Shown: positions 27,907 through 37,315 of the stretch, piece after piece
How positions within the stretch are numbered: the stretch's first letter is position 1
How the letters are laid out: every line of letters begins with the position of its first letter
Assembly: GCA_002327235.1 (NCBI GenBank)
Contig: DCUX01000004.1
Location: forward strand, 93,553 to 157,552
From: Firmicutes bacterium UBA2203
GTDB taxonomy: Bacteria > Bacillota > Desulfotomaculia > Desulfotomaculales > Nap2-2B
Direction of reading: 5' to 3'
Length of the DNA: 64,000 nt
The notes under the pieces: model-generated
Seen by the model: the letters and a program-made list of their open reading frames with translations, nothing else
Told to the model about the DNA's origin: nothing
The model's database searches: none
Program-made: the position numbers and the translations under genes

Positions 27907-29299
27907 GTTGCTTTTCCCCTAATTTTTTTATTAAAGCCTCGCCCACCGTCCAAATATCGCCGGCCCCGATGGTCATCACTAAATCCCCCGATCTAATTAC
28001 CCCAGTTAAATAAGGAACAATTTCTTTCTTATCGGCGATATATTTTACTTCTTTATTGCCTTGTTGTAAAATAGCTTTAACAATTAACTGGGCGTTTACG
28101 CCGTTTAAGCAGGTTTCACCTGCGCTGTAAATATCGCTTACAATGACTAGGTCGCTTTGCTTAAAAGCAGAACCAAAACGCTCACTCAGAAATGAAGTCC
28201 GGGTATAACGGTGAGGTTGAAATACGCTGATTATCCTTTGAGGTTCTATTTGCCGGGCAGCTTGCAAGGCTGCTTTAATTTCACTGGGATGATGCGCATA
28301 ATCGTCTATTACTTTTATTCCTTTTACTTCGCCACGTAATTGAAAGCGGCGTTCCACCCCCAAAAAATGACGCAATGTTAGGGTAATCCGTTCAAAATCA
28401 AGGCCAACCCAACGCGCGGCAGCCAGGGCAGCTAAAGCATTTAGCAGGTTATGTCGTCCAGGAATAGCCATTTCAAGTAAACCCAGCAAATGACCGTGGT
28501 AAAAAACCTCTCCCCGTGAACCATTAGGGTTCAGGTAAACATTTTTCAGGACATAATCGGCTCCGTGATTGTTAATGGCGTATGTAACCAGAGGAAGCTT
28601 ACAACCCTTTATAACTTCAATTATTTGAGGGTCATCCAGGCACACAAACGCCGAAGCTTTGGTGAGAGAAATAAATTTCCTAAAACTATCCTTTATTTTA
28701 CCTATGTTTCCGTAATAATCAAGGTGATCGTCTTCAATATTAGTGATTATGGAAGCGACAGGCTTTAGTTTTAAGAAAGAACCATCGCTTTCATCAGCTT
28801 CAGTAACTAAGTAATCGCCTTGCCCTAATTTAGCGTTGCTTCCCAGGTTGCTTAATTCCCCTCCTACCACCACGGTAGGATCAAGGCCATTTTCCTCCAA
28901 AACCAGAGCTAGCATAGAAGTGGTAGTGGTCTTGCCGTGCGTACCGGCAACGGCAATACCTTTTTGTTTTTTCATCAAGTAAGCTAGTAATTCACTGCGG
29001 TGGATTATCGGGAGCATCCTTTTTTGTGCTGTTTTGAGCTCAGGATTGTCGGGCTTAATGGCTGATGAAACAACCACCAAACTTGGGTTAGTCACATTTT
29101 TTGCCTCATGTCCAATGTAGCAAGTAGCACCTAAAGTTTCCAACCTCTTGGTAACCGGAGTGGCGACTAAATCTGAGCCGGATACTGGAAAGCCTAACTC
29201 TAGTAAGATTTTAGCCAACCCGCTCATTCCAGTGCCTCCGATGCCAATAAAGTGCACCAGTTTCTTGCTGTGTTCGAGGGGTTCAAATTTTGCCGGCAA
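27884..29299 (-). CDS. murC: UDP-N-acetylmuramate--L-alanine ligase
   Basis: GIGGTGMSGLA and GTHGKTTTTSM motifs. Confidence 0.95.
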   Translation of the reverse strand: MPAKFEPLEHSKKLVHFIGIGGTGMSGLAKILLELGFPVSGSDLVATPVTKRLETLGATCYIGHEAKNVTNPSLVVVSSAIKPDNPELKTAQKRMLPIIHRSELLAYLMKKQKGIAVAGTHGKTTTTSMLALVLEENGLDPTVVVGGELSNLGSNAKLGQGDYLVTEADESDGSFLKLKPVASIITNIEDDHLDYYGNIGKIKDSFRKFISLTKASAFVCLDDPQIIEVIKGCKLPLVTYAINNHGADYVLKNVYLNPNGSRGEVFYHGHLLGLLEMAIPGRHNLLNALAALAAARWVGLDFERITLTLRHFLGVERRFQLRGEVKGIKVIDDYAHHPSEIKAALQAARQIEPQRIISVFQPHRYTRTSFLSERFGSAFKQSDLVIVSDIYSAGETCLNGVNAQLIVKAILQQGNKEVKYIADKKEIVPYLTGVIRSGDLVMTIGAGDIWTVGEALIKKLGEKQHEGIQRE

Positions 29300-29396
29300 T
29301 GTTTTTCCTCTCCTTTTGTTTTAACCTTTATATCCTATGTTAGCTTCAAATTAGGTGTTAACAAAGTTAAAATGGTAATTTTTATAAGCTTGTCCC

Positions 29397-29667
29397 GTAA
29401 CTACTAAGGTTCAAAGGGGCAAAGGCACAAAGTTTTTTGCCAGAATTGCCTGTCCGTCAGGCCTGTCCGTCAGGCTGTCAGGCAGGTAATCTATCAATGT
29501 AAAGTAATCTATCAGCCTGACAGACAGGCGGGCAGATCTCTATAAGTTTTCATCCGAAAATCCTTGGATTTTCATTCTCCTTTGTGCTGAGCTATTGCCA
29601 GCATGGATGTTTCATTTCCCTATGTGCCTATGTGCCTTTGCCCCTTTGTGCCTTCCTGAATAGTTAC
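29397..29667 (-). mobile_element. MITE-like element, long copy carrying nested inserts; fills the murG|murC gap
   Basis: TIRs GTAACTACTAAGG (29397) and CCTGAATAGTTAC (29655-29667). The internal blocks are colinear with the short copy at 23876-23992 but interrupted by extra sequence. The murG stop codon (29664-29666) lies inside the right TIR. Confidence 0.7.
29448..29535 (+). repeat. CAGGC-type hairpin repeat, copy a, nested inside the MITE-like element
   Basis: GCCTGTCCGTCAGGCTG pairs with CAGCCTGACAGACAGGC (17 bp, 1 mismatch). The loop contains the direct repeats GTAATCTATCA. Confidence 0.75.
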
Positions 29668-30782
29668 ATAAAAGTCGCAATCATTTCTAGTATATCAGCC
29701 AGGGCCTGGGGCCGGCCAATTTTTTTACTATTCCTGGCCATAGTGCTAAGAGTATCAGGAGAATTAAAAAGCGATTCTATTATTTCCGCCAGCTTCGCTC
29801 CGCTTAATTCTTGTTCCCGGACTAAAAGGGCCGCTCCCTGATTAACTATGGCGAGGGCATTATACTCCTGGTGGTTGCCTGCGGCGTACGGGTAAGGGAT
29901 TAAAACAGCCGGCAAACCTACCGCCGTTAATTCAGCCAGGGTAGATGCTCCGGCCCGGCAAATAGCTAAATCCGCCGCTTTTATGGCCAGGGGCATTTCA
30001 TTAAGATAAGGTACAATGGTAATATTACCATTATTCGTCATTTTTAATCCAAAAGAACGGGCTTGATTTACAAAATCTTCATATTGGCTGGGGCCTGTAA
30101 CGTGTAAAAAATGTTTCTTTTTATCATTTAAAAGAATCTTTAACAGTTGTAACACAGCCCGATTAATGCTTTGGGCCCCCTGACTTCCTCCGAAGGATAA
30201 AATCAGCCGTTTTTTAACGGGCAGACCTAACCGCTGACGTGCTTCTTCCGGTTGGATTTCCGTATTTACCAGTTCCGAGCGGACGGGTAAACCGGTTACT
30301 TCAAGCCATTTGGCGCGGGGGAAATATTTTTTTGAATCCGCAAAAGTTACGGCAATTCCCCGGGTAAAATAAGCTAATACACGGCTAGTTAGGCCGGGAT
30401 AGGCATTTTGTTCGTGGATAAGGGTAGGAATACCGCCTAAGGCCGCGGCCAAGATTACCGGACCACATACATAGCCCCCTGTACCTATAACTACCCGGGG
30501 TTGAAATTGGCGCATAATTTGCCAGGCCCTACCGAGTGATATAGTTGCTTTTCCCAGGACAATTAAATTCTTCAAGGTAAATTTGCGTACGAAACCAGCG
30601 GCGGAAATAGTTTTTAATTGAAAACCGGCTTGAGGGACCAGCTTGCTTTCCAGCCCGTAACTACCCCCCACAAAGAGAATCTCTGAACCCGGATATTTTT
30701 CTTTTAAGCCTTTAGCTATGGCCAGGGCAGGGTAAATATGACCCCCTGTACCGGTACCGCTGACAACAAATCGTGTTTTCAA
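29664..30782 (-). CDS. murG: Undecaprenyldiphospho-muramoylpentapeptide beta-N-acetylglucosaminyltransferase
   Basis: GGTGGHIYPALA motif and GT28 architecture. Confidence 0.95.
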   Translation of the reverse strand: MKTRFVVSGTGTGGHIYPALAIAKGLKEKYPGSEILFVGGSYGLESKLVPQAGFQLKTISAAGFVRKFTLKNLIVLGKATISLGRAWQIMRQFQPRVVIGTGGYVCGPVILAAALGGIPTLIHEQNAYPGLTSRVLAYFTRGIAVTFADSKKYFPRAKWLEVTGLPVRSELVNTEIQPEEARQRLGLPVKKRLILSFGGSQGAQSINRAVLQLLKILLNDKKKHFLHVTGPSQYEDFVNQARSFGLKMTNNGNITIVPYLNEMPLAIKAADLAICRAGASTLAELTAVGLPAVLIPYPYAAGNHQEYNALAIVNQGAALLVREQELSGAKLAEIIESLFNSPDTLSTMARNSKKIGRPQALADILEMIATFM

Positions 30783-30787
30783 ATTAC

Positions 30788-31900
30788 CTAAACTCTCCTT
30801 GTGTGCCGGGAAATATTAAGCAAAATTCCTACCCCGGCTAGCGTAAAAACCAGCGAGGTGCCCCCAAAACTGATAAAGGGAAGGGTAATACCCGTAATAG
30901 GAAAGGTGCTGGTTACTACCCCGATGTTTATAATGGTCTGGAGGGCTATACCACCAACAATGCCCGCGGCCAACAAGCTGCCAAAGGGGTCAGGAGAAGT
31001 AATAGCGATTCTAAAACCACGCCAAAAAAAAATAAGGAATAGAAAAATAACCAGACAAGCGCCAATAAAGCCTAGTTCCTCGCCAATTACCGCAAAAATG
31101 AAGTCCGCTTCTCTGATGGGCAGGTAAAGGAACTTGGAATGCCGCCCCTGACCTAAGCCAGTACCCAAAAGTCCTCCTGAGCCTAAAGATAATAAAGAAT
31201 TTAAAATATGCCAACCGCTGCCGGCGGGGTCTTTTTCGGGATTCAAAAAGGCCAGAAAACGTTTCAACCGGTAAGGCTCCTGCCATATGGCCAGGGCAAC
31301 TGCTCCTATTCCCAGGGTGGCTAGGGCCGCCAGGTGTTTAATTCTCGCTCCAGCCACAAAGAGCATAATAAAGATTGTTCCGGCCAGGGTTACGGTGGTG
31401 CCTAAATCGGGCTGTTTCATAATTAAGCCGGCGGCAAGGCCTAAAATTAATAGGTAAGGCAAAATCCCCCGCCAAAAATTAAATACCTTTTCCGGGTAAC
31501 GGGATAAGCCGTAAGCCGTAAAAATTACCAAACAAAGTTTGGCCAATTCAGAAGGTTGAAAACTTAAAGAACCCATTCTTAACCAGCGCTGCGCGCCGAG
31601 TTTTTCCACCCCAAGGCCAGGAATTAAAACGGCCGTCAAAAGAATAAGGGCGGTAATTAATAAGCAACCAGACCATTTTTTAAGGTGCTGGTAATTATAA
31701 TAACGCCAGAAAAAAAACAGGGTAAATAAACCCAGGCCGGCGTAAATTAGCTGGCGGGTAAAAAAGTAGTAGGGATTATTAAAAGGGGGAAACATAGCGT
31801 AATAACAACTGGCACTAAATACCATCACAATTCCTATACTTAAAAGTATAAGCACGGTAAGAAAAAGAATAAGATCTGATGATTGTTTTATATGTCTCAT
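30788..31900 (-). CDS. ftsW: SEDS-family peptidoglycan glycosyltransferase FtsW/SpoVE
   Basis: 10-TM SEDS protein with conserved LQPSE-like (FQPSELAKL) and PDLGT blocks. Confidence 0.9.
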   Translation of the reverse strand: MRHIKQSSDLILFLTVLILLSIGIVMVFSASCYYAMFPPFNNPYYFFTRQLIYAGLGLFTLFFFWRYYNYQHLKKWSGCLLITALILLTAVLIPGLGVEKLGAQRWLRMGSLSFQPSELAKLCLVIFTAYGLSRYPEKVFNFWRGILPYLLILGLAAGLIMKQPDLGTTVTLAGTIFIMLFVAGARIKHLAALATLGIGAVALAIWQEPYRLKRFLAFLNPEKDPAGSGWHILNSLLSLGSGGLLGTGLGQGRHSKFLYLPIREADFIFAVIGEELGFIGACLVIFLFLIFFWRGFRIAITSPDPFGSLLAAGIVGGIALQTIINIGVVTSTFPITGITLPFISFGGTSLVFTLAGVGILLNISRHTRRV

Positions 31901-31916
31901 ATTACCTTTAACTCCC

Positions 31917-32005
31917 TTTTGGAGGTTAGAGATTGGAGGTTAGAAGTTAGAGGTTAGAGTTTTAAATCCAACCTCCAACCTCCAACCTCCAACCTCCAAC
32001 CTCCA
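31917..32005 (-). repeat. Heptad-array hairpin element, copy b (murD|ftsW junction)
   Basis: Plus strand reads GGAGGTT AGAGATT GGAGGTT AGAAGTT AGAGGTT, a loop, then (TCCAACC)x5. The mRNA-sense 3' end is CCTCCAAAA-GGGAG-N12-ATG(ftsW). The 5' arm lies inside the murD ORF. Confidence 0.9.
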
Positions 32006-33341
32006 TTTGAAGTTCCAGGACAGTTTTTCGAAACAGGTTGCCTCTTTCCACGTAGTCGCAAAACATATCCCAACTGGCGCAAGCTGGAGATAATAAAACT
32101 ACTTCTCCCGGTTGAGCTAACTGGCAAGCTGATAAAACTGCCTGTCTTAAATCTTGCGTTCGTACCACCTTAGCCACCCCGGCCTGTTTAGCTTCTTTCT
32201 CCAATTCACCGGCGCATTCCCCCAGGGTAATCAATACCCGGACCTTTTCTTTAATCTTTTGCGCTAAAGCGGTAAAACTGTTTCCTTTGTTTTTGCCGCC
32301 AGCCAGTAAAATGATGGGAGCGGTGAATGCTTCCAAAGCTCTAATGCTGGCTTCAGGGTTGGTTCCCTTGGAGTCATTTATATAGCGTACCCCGTTAATC
32401 TCAGCCACAAATTCCAGCCGGTGAGCCACCCCTTTAAAGAGGCGTAAAGTTTTAGCTACTTTCAATGGTTCAATTCCTAAGACTAAGGCGCTGGCCGTGG
32501 CAGCCAGGACGTTTTCCAGATTATGTGCTCCGGGGAGTTGAATTTCTTTTACCGGTAAAACAGGTTCTATTTTTCCGGAAAGATTACTAATAATCCAATC
32601 ATTTTGCGTATAAACCCCTTTTTCTAAAATACGCCGGCGGCTAAAAAATATAACTGTTCCGGGAGAATAAACAGCCAGGTTTTGGGTATAAGGATCATCA
32701 AAATTTAAAATAGTAAAATCACTTGCTTTTTGATTTTCAAAAATTTTTATTTTAGCGGCGGTATAATCAGTTAAAGTTTTATGCCGGTCTAAATGATCAG
32801 GCGAAATATTTAAAATAACAGCCACTTGCGGCTGGAAAAAAACAGTTGTCTCTAATTGAAAACTGCTCACTTCAGCCACCACAACATCGCGGGCGGTATA
32901 GTTTTCTATTTTTGTTATCAGGGGAAGACCAATATTGCCGGCCACTAGGGTGTTTAAACCGGCGTTTTTACATATTTCCCCAACTAAAGTAGTAGTGGTG
33001 GTCTTACCGTTAGTACCGGTAATGGCTATCATAGGAGCTAAAGCGTACCAGTAAGCTAGTTCCAGTTCACTTACCACCGGAATATTTAAATTTTTAGCCT
33101 GGACTACCGGAGGTATATCCAGCGGTACGCCCGGGCTTACAACTACCAGGAAATAATCGCCGGGCTTAATTAAGGGGTAGCCAGGCAGACATATCTTTAC
33201 GCCGGCATCCTCCATGGCGGCCAGTTTTTCCGCGGCAATGTTTTGTTTGTCTGTAAGCACTACCTCAGTACCTTTACGGTTTAAAAACCAGGCCGTCGCC
33301 AGACCCGTTTTACCTGCCCCAATTACTAATACTTTATTTAT
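31962..33341 (-). CDS. murD: UDP-N-acetylmuramoylalanine--D-glutamate ligase; start re-assigned upstream to a non-canonical codon
   Basis: GTNGKTTTT motif. The ORF-track start (GTG at 33260) removes the Rossmann motif. In-frame upstream codons read (I)NKVLVIGAGKTGLATAWFLNRKGTEVV with no ATG/GTG/TTG. ATA at 33341 lies 9 nt after GAAGGGAG. Confidence 0.85.
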   Translation of the reverse strand: MNKVLVIGAGKTGLATAWFLNRKGTEVVLTDKQNIAAEKLAAMEDAGVKICLPGYPLIKPGDYFLVVVSPGVPLDIPPVVQAKNLNIPVVSELELAYWYALAPMIAITGTNGKTTTTTLVGEICKNAGLNTLVAGNIGLPLITKIENYTARDVVVAEVSSFQLETTVFFQPQVAVILNISPDHLDRHKTLTDYTAAKIKIFENQKASDFTILNFDDPYTQNLAVYSPGTVIFFSRRRILEKGVYTQNDWIISNLSGKIEPVLPVKEIQLPGAHNLENVLAATASALVLGIEPLKVAKTLRLFKGVAHRLEFVAEINGVRYINDSKGTNPEASIRALEAFTAPIILLAGGKNKGNSFTALAQKIKEKVRVLITLGECAGELEKEAKQAGVAKVVRTQDLRQAVLSACQLAQPGEVVLLSPACASWDMFCDYVERGNLFRKTVLELQMEVGGWRLEVGGWI

Positions 33342-33360
33342 ATAAATTATCTCCCTTCTA

Positions 33361-33449
33361 TTTGGAGGTTAGAAGTTGGAGGTTAGAAATTAGAGTTTGG
33401 GTTTTTGATCCAATTTCCAATTTCCAACCTCTAACCTCCAGCCTCCAAA
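33361..33449 (-). repeat. Heptad-array hairpin element, copy c (mraY|murD gap)
   Basis: GGAGGTT AGAAGTT GGAGGTT AGAAATT..., a loop, then ...CCAACCTCTAACCTCCAGCCTCCAAA. The mRNA-sense 3' end is CCTCCAAA-TA-GAAGGGAG. Confidence 0.9.
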
Positions 33450-33453
33450 TGGT

Positions 33454-34446
33454 TTACCACCAAATATTATAACCGCCTACCAGTCCCAATAAGGAAAAGA
33501 GTATGGTCAGGCCGCAAAAAAATAAGACAATTTTATTTTCACTCCAGTTGCCTAACTCAAAGTGGTGGTGTAAAGGGCTCATCCTAAAAATACGGCGCTT
33601 AAAAAGCTGAAAAGAAATTACCTGTAAAATTACGGATAAAGCTTCCAAAACAAAAACACCGCCAATAAGAATTAAAAAAAGTTCGCTTTGAGTAATAACC
33701 GCCGCGGCAGCCAAACCTCCGCCCAAAGCCAGCGAACCTGTGTCTCCCATAAATACTTTAGCCGGATGACGGTTAAAAAATAAGAAACCAGCGCATCCTC
33801 CCATAAAGGCAGCCATGGTGTGGGCAACTTCAACTTGCCCCTTTAAAAGGGCAAGATATAAGAAAGCAAAGGCGGCAATGAAGGTTACCCCTGCGGCCAG
33901 GCCGTCCAAACCGTCAGTAAGGTTTACCGCATTAGCCGTTCCTGCAATTACCAAAGCAGTAAAGGCAAGAAAAACCCCTAAATTTAAGTCTAGCGTTATC
34001 CCACTAGGTGTAAAAAAGCCGCTAAAAGGAACGATTACTTCTGTCCTATGGCCTAACGTTAAAACCAGTAAAGCCCCCAATAAAAGGCTCAATAATACTT
34101 GGCCTACCAGTTTTTCCCTGGCCCTTAAGCCTACCGGTCTTTGCCAGTGTACCTTAATTAAATCGTCCACAAAGCCAATAAATCCAAAACCTAAGGTAAG
34201 GACCAACACTAAAATGGCCTCAGGGTTAAAAGAAACAAACCATATAATACTTAAGGTTATTCCGGCTAAAAAGATCAGGCCTCCCATAGTTGGGGTTCCA
34301 GTCTTGGATAGATGGCGCGCCGGACCGTCTAAACGCACCCTTTGGCCAAATTTTAGACGGCGCAAAAAAGGGATAATTATTGGGCCTAGCAGCAAAGTGA
34401 CCGCAAATGATACGGTACCGGCTCCAAGTAAAGTACGGATAGTCAT
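33454..34446 (-). CDS. mraY: Phospho-N-acetylmuramoyl-pentapeptide transferase
   Basis: NAVNLTDGLDGLA and MGDTGSLALGG motifs. 10-TM protein. Confidence 0.95.
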   Translation of the reverse strand: MTIRTLLGAGTVSFAVTLLLGPIIIPFLRRLKFGQRVRLDGPARHLSKTGTPTMGGLIFLAGITLSIIWFVSFNPEAILVLVLTLGFGFIGFVDDLIKVHWQRPVGLRAREKLVGQVLLSLLLGALLVLTLGHRTEVIVPFSGFFTPSGITLDLNLGVFLAFTALVIAGTANAVNLTDGLDGLAAGVTFIAAFAFLYLALLKGQVEVAHTMAAFMGGCAGFLFFNRHPAKVFMGDTGSLALGGGLAAAAVITQSELFLILIGGVFVLEALSVILQVISFQLFKRRIFRMSPLHHHFELGNWSENKIVLFFCGLTILFSLLGLVGGYNIWW

Positions 34447-35826
34447 TTAAATTTTATTAGCAATATCCTCCATTTTTAATAAACGCGAGCCTTTAATTAA
34501 CACCGTACTACCCGGGACTAAAATTTTTCGCAGGCAGCTTACCGCCTCATCATTATCGAGGCAGGTAAAAATACTTTTTTTTGGCATCCCGGCCGCGCTT
34601 GCCCCAACGGCTATTTGCAAAGCCAATTCGCCAACAGTCACTAGGTGCTGGATATTTGAGGCGGCTGCTGCCCTGCCTGTTTTCCGGTGACCCTCGAAGG
34701 CATATGAACCAAGTTCCAACATGTCGCCTAAAACGGCTATCTTAGGGTTTTGCCCGGCCACATCGTTTAAAACTTCCAGGGCCGCCAGTACAGAATTCGG
34801 GTTGGCGTTATAAGTGTCGTTAATAATGGTAAGGCCGTTTTGCTCGTAGATTTCTAACCTCATTTTACTTATGGTTACTTTGGCTAAACCAGCCTGAATT
34901 TCGGTTAAGGAAAAACCTAAAATTTTGGCTGCCCCTATAGCTGCTAAGGCATTGAAGACATTATGCCTTCCCGGCAAAGGCAGATATATTTCAGTCTCGG
35001 TTGTCTCATGGTCATTTATACGCATGGTAAACCGGATACCTTTTTTAACGGTTTTAAGGTTAAAGGCTAAAATATCTGCGGCCCCACGGAGAGCAAAAAA
35101 CAAAACCTTTCCGGGGGTCCGGCGTGCTTCACGGTAAATATAGGGACTTTCACCGTTAAGAACTGCAAAACCATTTTGGGTAATATGGTCTAATATTTCC
35201 CCTTTTGCCCGGGCCAGGTTGTCTTGAGAACCCAAGCGTTCCAGATGGGCTAGGCCGATATTTGTAATAATGGCTCCGTCAGGGTTGGCCAGACGACAAA
35301 GAAAATCGATTTCGCCCGGTCCTCGCATAGCCATTTCTACCACGCCTACTTGGTGGGAGGGATTTAATTCTAATAAAGTTAAAGGCAGTCCAATTTCATT
35401 ATTTAAATTGCCGTTAGTTTTTAAGGTAACCAGTTTTTCAGCCAGGAGCGTGGCTAAAATATCCTTAGTGGTAGTTTTTCCTGCACTACCGGTAATTCCA
35501 ATGATAAGTGCCGGACAGTTTTGGCGGTTATACCGGGCCAGCTTTTGCAGGGCTTCTTTTGAGTCAGGCACCTTTAGTATGGCCAGATCAGAAGGTAAAG
35601 TAAAGCCTGGGTGACGGGCTACAACTATGCCGGCCGCGCCGGCTGCCGCGGCTTGCTCTAAAAAATCATGGGCGTCGTAACGTTCTCCTTTTAAAGCAAA
35701 AAATAAACTTTCCTTTTTTAAATGCCGGGTATCAATAGATACATTTTCTATTTTTAACCAGGGATCTCCCTGTAAGATAGTAGCCCCGGTAACCCGGGCT
35801 ATCTCTTCAATGGTCATTGTTCTCAT
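34447..35826 (-). CDS. murF: UDP-N-acetylmuramoyl-tripeptide--D-alanyl-D-alanine ligase
   Basis: GITGSAGKTTTK motif and Mur ligase domain order. Confidence 0.95.
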   Translation of the reverse strand: MRTMTIEEIARVTGATILQGDPWLKIENVSIDTRHLKKESLFFALKGERYDAHDFLEQAAAAGAAGIVVARHPGFTLPSDLAILKVPDSKEALQKLARYNRQNCPALIIGITGSAGKTTTKDILATLLAEKLVTLKTNGNLNNEIGLPLTLLELNPSHQVGVVEMAMRGPGEIDFLCRLANPDGAIITNIGLAHLERLGSQDNLARAKGEILDHITQNGFAVLNGESPYIYREARRTPGKVLFFALRGAADILAFNLKTVKKGIRFTMRINDHETTETEIYLPLPGRHNVFNALAAIGAAKILGFSLTEIQAGLAKVTISKMRLEIYEQNGLTIINDTYNANPNSVLAALEVLNDVAGQNPKIAVLGDMLELGSYAFEGHRKTGRAAAASNIQHLVTVGELALQIAVGASAAGMPKKSIFTCLDNDEAVSCLRKILVPGSTVLIKGSRLLKMEDIANKI

Positions 35827-37315
35827 TTTTTTGCTTAAACCCCATTGCTTTTAGGTTTTTAATTACTTCTTGCCGGTCGTCAAAGGGGTATTTTTGCGTG
35901 CCGATTATCTGGTAGTCTTCGTGTCCTTTTCCGGCTATGACCACCACATCGTTTTTTTCGACTAACGCTAAAGCCTGACGAATGGCCTGGCTTCTATCAG
36001 CGATAATCAGGTAGTCACCCTTTTTTAGCACCTTTAAGACCCCGTTTTCAATGGCGGCCATAATCTGCGCCGGGTCTTCCGTACGGGGATTATCCGAGGT
36101 AATTACGGTCAGGTTACTGTAACGGGCGGCTATTTCGCCCATTACCGCCCTTTTGGTCCGGTCGCGGTCGCCTCCGCAGCCAAATACCGTAATTAAGCGG
36201 CGGGCGCAGATTTGCCGGGCCGTTTTTAACAGGTTTTCCAGGCCGTCAGGGGTGTGGGCATAGTCAATTACTACGGTAAAATCCTGACCCTGGTTTATCG
36301 TTTCAAAGCGGCCGCGCACCCCAGAAATTTTTTCTAAAGCTAAAACTATTAAAGATAGGGGAAAACCCTCTCCTCCACCTACGGCCAAAGCAGCCAAAGC
36401 ATTATATACGTTAAAGAGACCGGTAAGTTTTAGTTTTACTAAAGATTCTCCCCAGGGACTGGTAACCACAAAGGATGTCCCCGCAGGTGAAACCTGAATT
36501 TCTTTTGCCTGCACCTGAGCCGGCCTATTTATCCCGTAAGTGATTACCGGTACCCGGGTTACTTTAATTATTTGTTTGGCGTAACGGTCGTCGTAGTTAA
36601 CGACCGCAAAGCGTGATTCCTTTTTATTTCCCTTCCCCAACATTTCAAATAAGCGTTGCTTTGCCGTCAGGTAATTGTCCATACACTGGTGAAAATCAAG
36701 GTGGTCCTGGGTAAGATTAGTAAACACCCCTATATCAAAAAAACATTCCTCAACGCGTTTTAAAGCCAGCGCGTGGGAACTGACCTCCATTACCGTGGCA
36801 TTTATTTTTTCGGACACCATTTCGGCCAGCAACTGCTGCAGATCGAGCGATTCCGGGGTGGTATGCTGTCCGGTTATGATACGTGACCCAATACAGTGGG
36901 CAATTGTTCCTATTAGACCTACCTGTTTGCCCAAGTCCCGGTAAATGGCCGCAATTAAATTTGTAGTGGTGGTTTTGCCGTTGGTTCCCGTTACTCCGAT
37001 TAACCTTAATTTTTGCGCTGGATAGTTATAAAAACGGGCTGACATTTGAGCTAAAGCAAGACGGGTATCCGGTACCTGAACCCAGATTGTTCCAGCCGGA
37101 TAAAACATCTTTTTTTGTCCTACCAGGGCTGCGGCTCCGTTAGCTACCGCTTGGGGGATAAATTTATGACCATCAGTTTTAAAACCTTCAATAGCCACAA
37201 AGACAAAGCCTGGTTTTACTTGACGCGAGTCGTAGGCCAGACCCCGGATATCGGTTTCATAATTACCACTACCGTAAATTATTTTTTGTTCCTTTAATAA
37301 TTCTTTAAGTAACAT
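35807..37315 (-). CDS. murE: UDP-N-acetylmuramoyl-L-alanyl-D-glutamate--2,6-diaminopimelate ligase
   Basis: GVTGTNGKTTT motif. The DNPR motif (TSDNPRTEDP) is characteristic of meso-DAP-adding enzymes. Confidence 0.95.
   Translation of the reverse strand: MLLKELLKEQKIIYGSGNYETDIRGLAYDSRQVKPGFVFVAIEGFKTDGHKFIPQAVANGAAALVGQKKMFYPAGTIWVQVPDTRLALAQMSARFYNYPAQKLRLIGVTGTNGKTTTTNLIAAIYRDLGKQVGLIGTIAHCIGSRIITGQHTTPESLDLQQLLAEMVSEKINATVMEVSSHALALKRVEECFFDIGVFTNLTQDHLDFHQCMDNYLTAKQRLFEMLGKGNKKESRFAVVNYDDRYAKQIIKVTRVPVITYGINRPAQVQAKEIQVSPAGTSFVVTSPWGESLVKLKLTGLFNVYNALAALAVGGGEGFPLSLIVLALEKISGVRGRFETINQGQDFTVVIDYAHTPDGLENLLKTARQICARRLITVFGCGGDRDRTKRAVMGEIAARYSNLTVITSDNPRTEDPAQIMAAIENGVLKVLKKGDYLIIADRSQAIRQALALVEKNDVVVIAGKGHEDYQIIGTQKYPFDDRQEVIKNLKAMGFKQKNENNDH

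Noticed and set aside
31917-32005. Considered whether the regular heptad arrays could be a CRISPR array or a minisatellite-encoded peptide.
   Set aside because: The units are 7 nt with no spacers and are arranged as two inverted arms. There are no cas genes. This is incompatible with CRISPR.
33815-34450. 211-aa ORF on the plus strand. Similar long antisense ORFs occur at 21730-22215, 15068-15421, 16244-16585, 18496-18852, 35270-35614 and 58621-59100.
   Set aside because: All lie entirely inside, and antisense to, genes with unmistakable conserved motifs (mraY, ftsZ, argB, argJ, EF-G, murF, the membrane protein). Their sequences are low-complexity shadows with no motifs or RBS.
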